From: Chlamydiia bacterium
GTDB taxonomy: Bacteria; Chlamydiota; Chlamydiia; Chlamydiales; Rhabdochlamydiaceae
DNA: 64,000 bases
Direction of reading: 5' to 3'
Assembly: GCA_963804085.1 (NCBI GenBank)
Contig: CAWDOQ010000017.1
Coordinates: 160,001-224,000 of the forward strand
Shown piece by piece: positions 1 to 8,815 of the stretch. The notes under the pieces were generated by a model. That model did no database searches, was not told the origin of the DNA, and saw nothing but the letters and a program-made list of their open reading frames with translations. Position numbers and translations under genes: made by a program. How positions within the stretch are numbered: the stretch's first letter is position 1; each line of letters opens with the position of its first letter.

Positions 1-224
1 ATTTCGATGACACCTTCTTGTCTATCCCAATGGATTTCGCTGCCGATCTCTTTGCAAAGATCAACTGTAATCTCCACCTCGGCAATATTGGGCACATTGT
101 AGAAAGTGCAGCGTTTATCGGAGAGAAGCGAAGCCACGAGCATCTTGGTGATGGCGTTTTTTGCACCAGCTGCTTTGACGCTCCCTTCTAAGGGAAGCCC
201 GCCTTTGATTTTCAGGATGTCCAT
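1..224 (-). CDS. murA: UDP-N-acetylglucosamine 1-carboxyvinyltransferase, N-terminal part (runs off window)
   Basis: Manual translation MDILKIKGGLPLEGSVKAAGAKNAITKMLVASLL...NVPNIAEV matches the MurA N-terminus (GAKNA motif). Confidence 0.9.
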   Translation of the reverse strand, partial: MDILKIKGGLPLEGSVKAAGAKNAITKMLVASLLSDKRCTFYNVPNIAEVEITVDLCKEIGSEIHWDRQEGVIE

Positions 225-234
225 TACCACATTG

Positions 235-1296
235 TTAGCTCGAAAAATGATTAAAAGTAAACTGCAAACTCCGAGAAAAACCGGTTCGGTCTATGAGACT
301 GTCAGGGAGAAGATTTTTTTCCGACTTGCCGGGCACGTAGTGTAAAGTGAGTCTCTTATCGGGAAAATGACGCTCTCTTACAAGAAGAGCTACCCAGCCC
401 ATCGTCTTGCGTGCGTTGATCTCGACAATCGGATGCAGCTTGAGAGTTTGACCGTCTGTGTAGAGCATCGCATCGATTCCCACATGACCAAAGTATCCGA
501 GATCTGCCATCTCCTCTAAGACGTTCAGGACTATCTTTTTATGATTCTCAAGATGGGCAAGATGCGCGCCAAATAACTGCTGCTCGTCACCTACGCTATT
601 ATTCCGATAGGTACCTCTCTCATCATTTTCACAAAGTGTCGCTCCCACATACTCGATTCTCTTCTCTTTGGAAATTTTCCACTGCGTGCTGAAATCGAGC
701 ACTCTTGAGACCCACGGCTCTGCGATCACAGGACGCCCCTCTTTCCACTCATTTTGTAAAAATAGAAGAGATTCAGGTTTAAGAACTTCCACAAAGTGAT
801 GGCCACGCCCTGAGACTCCAAAACAAGTCTTCACCACCTTGAGCCCTTTTTGCTCTTCGAGCCATCTCGCCGCATCCTCTTGTTTGTAGAGAAGAGTCGC
901 GCCCGGAAGCTTGGGACCCTTTGTGAAAGAGAAGAGTTTGGAGTTTACCGTTTGCACACACTCCCAAGGAGGCATCTCATAGGAGAGCGCGCGCTCCTCT
1001 GCCCATTTGTGTACACTGAGAGAAGCTCCCCACGAGTCGATCGACGAGTAAGGTAGGTTTCTTTCAGATAAGAGATGTAGGCGTGGTATTTTTATCCCCA
1101 GACCTTCCAACAGACGAAAAAAAGAGTCTGTCGGTTTTTGGGTCACAGCCACTCCATCATCTGGCGCTGCATACAAAAAAGGGAGAAACTGCAGTTGCAA
1201 AAAAACCCGGTGTATCGAAAAACTCTCCTCGAGAACCGGAGTTTTTTTCTGAACAAGCTCCCATTCAAACTGCGTATTTGCTATATGTAGAGGCAT
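235..1296 (-). CDS. Conserved chlamydial ATP-grasp-like protein
   Basis: Likely start [11 protein letters not shown] (ATG at 1296); motifs [36 protein letters not shown] are ATP-grasp-like. Confidence 0.65.
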   Translation of the reverse strand: MPLHIANTQFEWELVQKKTPVLEESFSIHRVFLQLQFLPFLYAAPDDGVAVTQKPTDSFFRLLEGLGIKIPRLHLLSERNLPYSSIDSWGASLSVHKWAEERALSYEMPPWECVQTVNSKLFSFTKGPKLPGATLLYKQEDAARWLEEQKGLKVVKTCFGVSGRGHHFVEVLKPESLLFLQNEWKEGRPVIAEPWVSRVLDFSTQWKISKEKRIEYVGATLCENDERGTYRNNSVGDEQQLFGAHLAHLENHKKIVLNVLEEMADLGYFGHVGIDAMLYTDGQTLKLHPIVEINARKTMGWVALLVRERHFPDKRLTLHYVPGKSEKNLLPDSLIDRTGFSRSLQFTFNHFSS

Positions 1297-1318
1297 GCAA
1301 TCAATCTTAAGGAAAAGT

Positions 1319-2419
1319 ATGCATAAAAAGATACGCGTAGGAGTTGTTTTCGGAGGAAGATCTGCAGAGCATGAAGTCTCTCTTTTGTCTGCCAAGAACA
1401 TTGTAGCTGCTCTCGACAAGAAAAAGTATGAGCCCGTTCTGATTGCGATTACCAAAGAGGGAGAGTGGCACCTTTGCGACGCTAAGAAGTATCTTTTACA
1501 TGCGCACGACCCCAAACGCGTCCGCATTCAAAAACCCCAGAACAATGTCGCCCTAGTTGCAAAAGAGATGAAGCAAGAACTCGTAAGCCTCACCAAAAAA
1601 GAGAAGCATGCTCCCATCGATGTGATCTTTCCCGTTCTTCACGGAACCTATGGAGAGGATGGCGCGATCCAGGGACTTTTAAAGATGGCGGGCGTTCCTT
1701 TTGTAGGAGCAAGCGTCCTCGGTTCCGCAGTAGGCATGGACAAAGATGTGATGAAAAGATTACTCCGAGAGGCAAATATCCCGATCGCGCGCTTCATTAC
1801 TCTCGATACAAAAGCTGCCAAAATGAAGAGTTTTTCTGATGTGACCAAAGAGCTTGGCCTTCCATTCTTTGTAAAACCGGCGAATTTAGGCTCCTCTGTT
1901 GGCGTCTCAAAAGTGAAAAACAAACAGGATTATGTAAAAGCGATCAAGCTTGCATTCCAGTATGACCGCAAGATTCTGATCGAAGAGTTTATCGACGGAA
2001 GAGAGATCGAATGCTCTGTGCTCGGCAATGAGAACCCGATCGCCTCACTTCCCGGCGAGGTGATCGCCAAAGATGAGTTCTACTCCTACGATGCTAAGTA
2101 CATGGATGATAGCGGAACCGTGATGCATATCCCTGCAAAAGTGGACAAGAAAACGATCCAGAGAGTTCAAGCGATTTCCATCCAAGCCTACAAAACACTT
2201 TATTGCGAGGGAACAGCGCGCGTCGATCTTTTCTTAAAGAAGGATGGCACTGTCTACGTCAATGAGATCAACACCATTCCCGGCTTTACCAGCACCAGCG
2301 CTTATCCCAAGCTTTGGGCAGCAAGCGGAGTGTCGATGACAGAAATTGTCGATAAACTCATCCAATTTGCCATAGAGCGCTTCGAGATTGAAAAGAGCTT
2401 GAAGACCACATTCGTATGA
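1319..2419 (+). CDS. ddl: D-alanine--D-alanine ligase
   Basis: [49 protein letters not shown] motifs; start placed at MHKKIRV. Confidence 0.95.
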   Translation: MHKKIRVGVVFGGRSAEHEVSLLSAKNIVAALDKKKYEPVLIAITKEGEWHLCDAKKYLLHAHDPKRVRIQKPQNNVALVAKEMKQELVSLTKKEKHAPIDVIFPVLHGTYGEDGAIQGLLKMAGVPFVGASVLGSAVGMDKDVMKRLLREANIPIARFITLDTKAAKMKSFSDVTKELGLPFFVKPANLGSSVGVSKVKNKQDYVKAIKLAFQYDRKILIEEFIDGREIECSVLGNENPIASLPGEVIAKDEFYSYDAKYMDDSGTVMHIPAKVDKKTIQRVQAISIQAYKTLYCEGTARVDLFLKKDGTVYVNEINTIPGFTSTSAYPKLWAASGVSMTEIVDKLIQFAIERFEIEKSLKTTFV

Positions 2420-2916
2420 CCAAGAGCGCATACCCGCGAGTCCGCGTAGGCATTGGACAAGATAGCCACCGCTTTCTCTCTCCCGATTCTGCAAAGCCCT
2501 GTACAATTGGAGGCGTCATCTTTGAGGACACCCCGGGTCTTTCCGCCGACTCCGACGGTGATGTCGTCTTTCACGCGATCTGTAACGCGATAAGCTCCCT
2601 CTCCTGCGTGCCTATTCTAGATGGCATCGCAGACGACCTCTTAGAAAAAGATGGGATTACAGACAGCCAAGTCTATGTCGAAAAAGCCCTTCAAACACTC
2701 GGCAAGCAGAAGATCGAACATGTCGCACTCACCATCGAAGGCAAGCGCCCACGCCTCCAAGAAAAAAACCTCGAGATGCGCCAAAAAATAGCCCAAGTCC
2801 TGCGCCTAGACCTCTCCCAAGTCGGCCTGACCGCCACCACCGGCGACGGCCTCACCGACTTCGGCTGCGGCGACGGTCTGCAGTGCTTCTGCACCCTCAC
2901 CACTATAGAGGAGTGA
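2416..2916 (+). CDS. ispF: 2-C-methyl-D-erythritol 2,4-cyclodiphosphate synthase
   Basis: RVGIGQDSHRF, SDGDVVFHAICNA, TATTGDGL motifs; ATGA overlap with the ddl stop. Confidence 0.92.
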   Translation: MTKSAYPRVRVGIGQDSHRFLSPDSAKPCTIGGVIFEDTPGLSADSDGDVVFHAICNAISSLSCVPILDGIADDLLEKDGITDSQVYVEKALQTLGKQKIEHVALTIEGKRPRLQEKNLEMRQKIAQVLRLDLSQVGLTATTGDGLTDFGCGDGLQCFCTLTTIEE

Positions 2917-2923
2917 GAGAGGT

Positions 2924-3253
2924 TCAATGCGGATAATTATGTAGCTTATGTAGTACCCCGTCGAAATACCCTAAAGGTTCATTTCCAGCTCCAGCTGCGA
3001 GCTTTTGTATCTCTTGGTCTGATAGTTCTCGTGTATCCTGAGGAGGCAGGGGAATGACAAAATTGAAGTTATTTGGCTTATCTTCGAAAATATTGATCTT
3101 AATATTGTCTGGAAGTTTATAGCCTACCTCTGCAAGAGCAGCTCGTGGATTTTTTAACAGTTTCGCTTTGAAAGCGGGTTCTTGCCATGCGCGTGCGATA
3201 AGATTATCGCGAAGTTTTTGTTCATCTTTTATATTTACTTGCTTATTTGCCAT
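2924..3253 (-). CDS. NHLP (nitrile hydratase-like leader peptide) family RiPP precursor
   Basis: LIARAWQEPAFKAKLLKNPRAAL...FVIPLPP...ELSDQEIQKLAAG is the NHLP leader pattern, followed by a ~21-aa core; AAGGAG RBS upstream. Confidence 0.88.
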   Translation of the reverse strand: MANKQVNIKDEQKLRDNLIARAWQEPAFKAKLLKNPRAALAEVGYKLPDNIKINIFEDKPNNFNFVIPLPPQDTRELSDQEIQKLAAGAGNEPLGYFDGVLHKLHNYPH

Positions 3254-3320
3254 AGAAGAGTCTCCTTGTTTGTCTTCTTAATATTTTAGAAGTAACAGGT
3301 GCGGTATTTTTTTCACAGTC

Positions 3321-4337
3321 TTATCGTAATGGGGTATCGTAATGGAATACGCATGGATAGGCCTTGATATCAATAGGCATGCCTGGTTCGTAAACTATCT
3401 TGAAGTAGAAGTGCCTGATAAATGGATGTTCCTGTCCGTCAATGAAATATGCAGTGCCTCCGGGCCAACAAAGAAGGGAGCTTGCTTGCTTTTCGGTGAT
3501 CAATTTCTCTTGTACTAAGATTTCTAAAAAAGGAGCCCATTTATAAGCAAGATAAGGAGAGGATGGGTAGCATACTATGCTTATTTTTGCATGTATAGCA
3601 TCAGTAACATCAATTTGAAGATCGATGTCGCCCACAAATGGTCTAATTTTTTTGATCAGTTGAACAAGAGAAGAAACAGGATAGCCATAGGATATCTTCT
3701 GCAGAAAGGGTTCCAATGCGTTGGGAAGATGGGGTGACCGGAAGGCGAGTTTTATCCATTCAGATCTTCTTGCCGTCATGAAGCCTGTCGTTGTAAGGTC
3801 CAGGTCATACATTTGAGCAATATTCAAAATGGTAGCAACTTGTGCTGCTGCTAGTTTATCGCTAAAAAAATCTAGACCCGTATGAACAACATCCCGAGCG
3901 GCTAACTGTAGAAAAAATATGTTGGGAGAGGGAGGCCAATCCTCACAGCTTCCTATATCAAATTCGAGCTCAAGAGCAGTGATGCCGCTTCGCTTGAAGA
4001 ACAATTGTTCAGTTTCAAATTTTTTGATCAGCTCGCAAAATTGTTTCCAAGAAGCATTTTTTTTTAATGGAGCAGAAAGAGAATCATATTGAAAGCAGTC
4101 GGCTAGTAGGCTCTTCTTCTCCTCAGTGGATATATCGAGATGAAAACTTAAATCCATGGAACGTTTGCTCAAAGAACACTCAAAGATTAAATATCTAGAC
4201 CAGATGGATGCAGGGAGTAACTCTACAAACTTGAGTATACGGTCGATGTTTGCCCGAGGAGTTAATTCACTAGGGAGATAAGGGCACATCATTTGGCAAA
4301 ATTCCAAGGGCGCAAATGGAGCAAGTTGTGTCGTCAT
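3321..4337 (-). CDS. Putative RiPP maturase, probable ABBA-fold prenyltransferase
   Basis: IFECSL, LELEFD, PSPNIFF and C-terminal HFYFKIVYEPG..IKAY motifs recall NHLP-associated prenyltransferase domains; directly upstream of the precursor; AAGGAG RBS. Confidence 0.55.
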   Translation of the reverse strand: MTTQLAPFAPLEFCQMMCPYLPSELTPRANIDRILKFVELLPASIWSRYLIFECSLSKRSMDLSFHLDISTEEKKSLLADCFQYDSLSAPLKKNASWKQFCELIKKFETEQLFFKRSGITALELEFDIGSCEDWPPSPNIFFLQLAARDVVHTGLDFFSDKLAAAQVATILNIAQMYDLDLTTTGFMTARRSEWIKLAFRSPHLPNALEPFLQKISYGYPVSSLVQLIKKIRPFVGDIDLQIDVTDAIHAKISIVCYPSSPYLAYKWAPFLEILVQEKLITEKQASSLLCWPGGTAYFIDGQEHPFIRHFYFKIVYEPGMPIDIKAYPCVFHYDTPLR

Positions 4338-4353
4338 GCATCTCCTTATAGAA

Positions 4354-4797
4354 TTAAGTGTTCTTTAGAAAAGCGCGCAGCTTTTCGATGCGGGCGCGAT
4401 TGACTCCGAAATCCTTAGATCCCACGCGCGCACCAGAGCGGACTTGGACTTCGCCCTTCTGTCGGTCTACTTGAAATTCCAAGTCATCTTTAAATCGTAA
4501 AACAGGAGTCGTAACCACAACATGCAAATAGGTAGGGGTTATTTCTACCACTTGTGCGATGTAATTATTCGATAAAAATGCCTGAATCTGGCCTAAAGTT
4601 TTTTCAGATGCAAAAGGGAGGGGCGCAATATAATGTTGCCCATCCTCGTCACTAGAGCAGACGCAGTTAGGACTCTTTGGGCAAGGCTGGAGTTGACCCT
4701 CCATCAGTCCTGTCGTTTTCGGCATCTTCAAATTCTGCCAAAAGAGAAAGCCAACAAAACCAATGAGGACAATCGCTATCCAAACAAACCAGTGCAT
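4354..4797 (-). CDS. DUF1499 domain-containing protein
   Basis: N-terminal TM helix, PCPKSPNCVCS, FKDDLEF, VRSGARVG.KDFGVNRARIE. Confidence 0.88.
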   Translation of the reverse strand: MHWFVWIAIVLIGFVGFLFWQNLKMPKTTGLMEGQLQPCPKSPNCVCSSDEDGQHYIAPLPFASEKTLGQIQAFLSNNYIAQVVEITPTYLHVVVTTPVLRFKDDLEFQVDRQKGEVQVRSGARVGSKDFGVNRARIEKLRAFLKNT

Positions 4798-4862
4798 AAT
4801 CCTCTCCTATCTTGAGCGGACAGTAGCAACAGAACGTATTTCAGACAATAGATCTTGAGGTT

Positions 4863-5303
4863 CTATCTCTTAGAAAAGCAGCAAGCATAATCTAAGGGAT
4901 TATCTTCAATTGTCCGGGAAAAAATGTTGCGGACCAGTGCAACGAGGCAAAATAGAACATTTGCGCTACACATAATAGCGCCCTCGCCCATTAAACTTAC
5001 CCACACATAGTTACCTTTTGGATCACAGATTAGTGTGGCGATGAGAGTAGGTATAAAAAGAATAGCGCGCACAACAGCTTCCACAAGAGAGGCAACGGAC
5101 AGAACAGCATATCCGAGTTCGCCCAGTGCACGCCGTTTTGTGATCTCTAAACAATCCATCCGCTTTTCGCCATTGCGATAAAGCGTAAGGTTTAACGTAG
5201 CAAAAGTCGAACAAGAGATTGCGCATAGCATTGCTTCACAGCATTCGTCAACAAAATCAACCATATCGTTGGACGTATCTTTTTTTGAAACGCGCTTTGG
5301 CAT
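4863..5303 (-). CDS. Hypothetical membrane protein
   Basis: ORF with two hydrophobic segments; start uncertain. Confidence 0.5.
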   Translation of the reverse strand: MPKRVSKKDTSNDMVDFVDECCEAMLCAISCSTFATLNLTLYRNGEKRMDCLEITKRRALGELGYAVLSVASLVEAVVRAILFIPTLIATLICDPKGNYVWVSLMGEGAIMCSANVLFCLVALVRNIFSRTIEDNPLDYACCFSKR

Positions 5304-5519
5304 AAAACTCCTTAGTTTGAGCAAGTTAGTTTAAATAAATGCAGGCTTTAAAGCTACAGCGCAAAGGCGTTTATGCATCCCCCATTTCCAGCCATTCCAT
5401 CTGCTGGTTTATCCCCCTGTTTTAGCCAATCAAACGGCTAAAATTAATATTTTAATTGCATGATATTGATTATCAGTTAGTTAAGGTAAAATGGAAAAAG
5501 CAAGAAAAAGACAAGCCGA

Positions 5520-5576
5520 TTAAGTGCAAAGTCTATCTGTGCGCATTAGAAATTTAAGCCATTGTCTAGAAGACAT
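5520..5576 (-). pseudogene. Possible N-terminal remnant of a HEPN/DUF86 toxin
   Basis: ATG overlapping the MNT gene end gives MSSRQWLKF..., with a stop after 18 codons; position and MSSRxW start resemble DUF86 partners. Confidence 0.4.
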
Positions 5577-5856
5577 GCTTTGCCTCGCGTAAAATTCTCT
5601 TTTTCAGAGCAGGATGTAAGGCGTTTTTTGTGACCAAATCGACTTCGCAATGCAAAAGCTCTTCTAAGTAGTGTTTAACGCCTACAAAAGCAAACAGGCC
5701 TTGCTTTGCATCGAAATCAATCAGGATATCTATGTCGCTTTTGCGCGAGGCTTCGTCTCTTGCAACCGAGCCAAAAAGTGCGAGAGCACGAACACCCAAT
5801 TTTGATAGGTCTTTTTTGTGAGCACTAATAATTTTGCAGGCTTGCTTGAGGAGCAC
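5566..5856 (-). CDS. Minimal nucleotidyltransferase (MNT, MntA-type antitoxin)
   Basis: LFGSVARDEA...SDIDILID...VDLVT motifs in a 96-aa protein. Confidence 0.9.
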   Translation of the reverse strand: MLLKQACKIISAHKKDLSKLGVRALALFGSVARDEASRKSDIDILIDFDAKQGLFAFVGVKHYLEELLHCEVDLVTKNALHPALKKRILREAKHVF

Positions 5857-5904
5857 AGGTTTCTCCTGTTTATTTTTTTATAACATAATGCTCATTAGTT
5901 TTAG

Positions 5905-6086
5905 GCGCATATTCAGGAGGACGGAGCACTGAAATAAGCCTAGATGCATCTGTTACAATGAGACTTCAGAAACACTTGCGAGAGATTCCTCAGATCCACC
6001 CACTTCAGTTCCGGACGAGCAAGAGCTGAAATAGCATGGTAAAGATTGAGACCATCTATGAGGCAGACGACACGCTGACGATCCAT
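5905..6086 (-). pseudogene. NYN domain (PIN-like) protein, truncated
   Basis: MDRQRVVCLIDGLNLYHAI...KWVDL is an NYN N-terminus; continues as YFSA in another frame, then is lost. Confidence 0.7.
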
Positions 6087-6240
6087 AGACCCTCTAAAAA
6101 AACGTGCCACGAGCCGGAGCCCGTGGCTTTCGCATGATATATTAACCATGCGGGATGATGACAGAATCTTAGCGAGCTTCTAATATTTTTGCATACAAGA
6201 AAAATTATAAATATGCAAGCAGATGCGCATTAAGAAGAAG

Positions 6241-7461
6241 TCACGCTTCTTGTGCGTGCTTTTTGGTGAGCATAAACCAGGCGCCGTAGAGGGAGATGGC
6301 GGCGCCGATGAAGAGCATGGGGAGTGCGCCGAACAGGTCGCAGAGGAGGCCGCCGAGTATGGGTGCGACGGCACCGCGCAGGCCTACCATTAGAATGTTG
6401 GTGCTGGAGAAGGGGGCGCTGCTTTGTTCCTGCGCAAAGAGCGTTCCGGAGAGGTTCCAGAGGAGATGGCTTCCTGCTTGTGCTACGCCGTAGATGAAGA
6501 AGGCGACATAGAGGCAGCTTCTATTGAGCGGTGTCAAAAGAAGGGTGAGAGGGAAGAGGGCAAAGCCCATCAGTATCCAGGCGGTGAGGCGTGGGATGGC
6601 GATCTCTTGGATGCCGCGTCTCCACAACAAGGTGGAGAGGATGACGCCTATACCCATCAAGACAAAGCGTGCGGTCGCGATCTCTGCATGCGAAAGGAAG
6701 AGGACATCGGCGTAGAAGACGGCGAGCGCCGGTGCGATCAGCATGAGGCCGAAGCCCCCAATCATAAAGCCCCATTGAAACTGAGCAAAGTCTGGACGTG
6801 AACGCAGAAGAGAGAAGCAATCTTTCCACGGCTGGAGGAGGTAGTTTTTTATGGGGGCGGGTGCAGGAACCGGCTCCTCTTGCTCAAGAGGTGTGATGCG
6901 TCTTTGGATGAAGAGGCTGGTCAGACCGATGAGCGCGCTGACAAAAAAGAGCATCCTCCAACTTGTCCCGCTCCCATCCAAGATATCTGCGATAGAGATG
7001 CCGATCACGACGCTTTCAACAAAACGCAGAAGGTAGTAGAAGGAATAGGCTTTTTCTCGCGGCTGCTTGGGGATGTTGCGTTTTAAAATTTCGATAAGAG
7101 CAGGGATGCCTGCGCTGTTAAACAGCTGGTGGACGCCGGCTGCAAAGAGCAGGTACCAGACGTTATCGATCCAAGGGAGCAGAAGAAAGGGGAGGCGTGC
7201 AAAGAGCCAGGCTCCCATCAAGTTGGAGAGGAGCTTGTGTTTGCGATGGGAGATATAGGAGCTCCAGTAAAACGAGAAGACCGAGAGTACCGGCCTGAGT
7301 GTCACGAAAAGCGAGAGCTGCAGAGTCGATGCTGCGAGATCTTTACGCAGGATAAAGGGCAGAAGGGTATAGAGCGAGGTGAGGGGCTCGCTGGTGAGGT
7401 TCATCCAGAGGAGCGCAAGGCGTGTCTTTTTACAGCCTTTAGCTGTGTTTTCAGTAGACAT
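6241..7461 (-). CDS. MFS transporter
   Basis: About 12 hydrophobic segments; start MSTENT overlaps the upstream gene stop. Confidence 0.8.
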   Translation of the reverse strand: MSTENTAKGCKKTRLALLWMNLTSEPLTSLYTLLPFILRKDLAASTLQLSLFVTLRPVLSVFSFYWSSYISHRKHKLLSNLMGAWLFARLPFLLLPWIDNVWYLLFAAGVHQLFNSAGIPALIEILKRNIPKQPREKAYSFYYLLRFVESVVIGISIADILDGSGTSWRMLFFVSALIGLTSLFIQRRITPLEQEEPVPAPAPIKNYLLQPWKDCFSLLRSRPDFAQFQWGFMIGGFGLMLIAPALAVFYADVLFLSHAEIATARFVLMGIGVILSTLLWRRGIQEIAIPRLTAWILMGFALFPLTLLLTPLNRSCLYVAFFIYGVAQAGSHLLWNLSGTLFAQEQSSAPFSSTNILMVGLRGAVAPILGGLLCDLFGALPMLFIGAAISLYGAWFMLTKKHAQEA

Positions 7462-8620
7462 CGAGTAGGTAGCGTTTTTGCGCGCGCAGGCTCTTAAGAT
7501 AGGCTTTTGCCTCATCTACACTCATTTTGCCTTGCTCGCTGATGATTTTTATTAAGGAGGCTTCTACGTCTTTAGCCATCTGAGAGGCGTCGCCGCACAC
7601 ATAGAGATAGGCTCCCTCTTGGATCCACGCCCAAAGGTCGGAGGCCTGCTCTTCCATCTTGTGCTGCACGTAGATCTTTTCTTGTTGGTCGCGAGAAAAC
7701 GCGAGATCCAGACGTAATTTATTTTGTACAGAGAGCTCATTCCAGAACTCTTCGTAAAAGAAGTCGGTCTTTCTGTTGCGCTCTCCAAAGAAGAGCCAGT
7801 TTTTGCCTTTGTGCTCTAGTACCTGGCGCTCTTGCAAGAAGGCTCTGTAGGGAGCGATGCCCGTGCCCGGACCGATCATAATAATGGACGCGTCGGGATT
7901 ATCCGGCAGCGTGAAGTGATGGCCCGATTGGATATAGAAAGGGACGCTGGTTTTACCGATCTCTGCCAGATGGCATAAGAAGTGGCTCGCGACGCCATAT
8001 CTCTTTTCGCCTTTATGGATAAAGTCGGTGAGGCCAACAGTCAGATGCACCTCTTGAGCGTGCATTTTCTTCGATGAGGCAACTGAGTAAAAACGGGGAA
8101 GCAGCGGGCCGAATTGATTTACAAGCTCTTGCAGAGGGATCTTTGCTTCCGGATAGAGCTGCAAAACATCAAGAGGGTGGTGGCTTGCTAAGTAGTCCAA
8201 TAGAAGAGGTTTATTTTCCGGCTGGAGCAAGAGCTGGAGCGGCTGTTTCTTTTGAGCAATCGGCTCATATGTTTGCACTAGATTTAAGAGTGAGGAGGTA
8301 AGCCGGCTTAAATTGGCCTTATGCAAAAGAAAAGAGCGAAGAGAGAGCGTCTCTTTGGAGCGCGTATCGAGGACAAGCTCCTCGCCGGTTGCTTTCAGTG
8401 CACTTATGTAACGCTCCACAAGAATCGGATCGTTGTGCGCATAGATGCCCAAAGAGTCTCCCACGCGAAAAGATACCTCACCTTCTAACTCCAAAGCCAG
8501 ATGGTAGGTCTTTTTTGTCGACCCCTCTTTGGTCAAGAGCATCCTCTCTTTGATCTTACCTGAGAAGAGGCGTCTTTTACTCTCTTGCACTGTTTTATTT
8601 TCAGAAATAGTCATGGACAA
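7451..8620 (-). CDS. cysJ: Sulfite reductase flavoprotein-like FAD/NADPH oxidoreductase (no flavodoxin domain)
   Basis: PRFYSVASS, GVASHFL, MIGPGTGIAPYR, LFFGER, YVCGDA, RYLLDVY. Confidence 0.85.
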   Translation of the reverse strand: MSMTISENKTVQESKRRLFSGKIKERMLLTKEGSTKKTYHLALELEGEVSFRVGDSLGIYAHNDPILVERYISALKATGEELVLDTRSKETLSLRSFLLHKANLSRLTSSLLNLVQTYEPIAQKKQPLQLLLQPENKPLLLDYLASHHPLDVLQLYPEAKIPLQELVNQFGPLLPRFYSVASSKKMHAQEVHLTVGLTDFIHKGEKRYGVASHFLCHLAEIGKTSVPFYIQSGHHFTLPDNPDASIIMIGPGTGIAPYRAFLQERQVLEHKGKNWLFFGERNRKTDFFYEEFWNELSVQNKLRLDLAFSRDQQEKIYVQHKMEEQASDLWAWIQEGAYLYVCGDASQMAKDVEASLIKIISEQGKMSVDEAKAYLKSLRAQKRYLLDVY

Positions 8621-8653
8621 ATGCCCGATAAAAAGGTAAATATTCTCTTAGTT

Positions 8654-8815
8654 ATGCTTCACATTCCTATCTTGTTTTTTATTTTTCTCGCTCTACTCTC
8701 CGGATGTACCGACACCGGCTACCATCAGCCAGTCTATATCATCTCAGACACTGCGGAGATCTCCGACACTGCGCAGGAAGAGCAAGAAAAGGATGAAGAG
8801 ACGATCAAACCATAA
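8654..8815 (+). CDS. Small putative lipoprotein
   Basis: [18 protein letters not shown] lipobox followed by an acidic tail. Confidence 0.5.
   Translation: MLHIPILFFIFLALLSGCTDTGYHQPVYIISDTAEISDTAQEEQEKDEETIKP

Noticed and set aside
2924..3253. Nitrile hydratase alpha subunit
   Set aside because: Lacks the CxxCSC metal-binding motif (no Cys at all) and has no beta-subunit neighbour; fits an NHLP precursor
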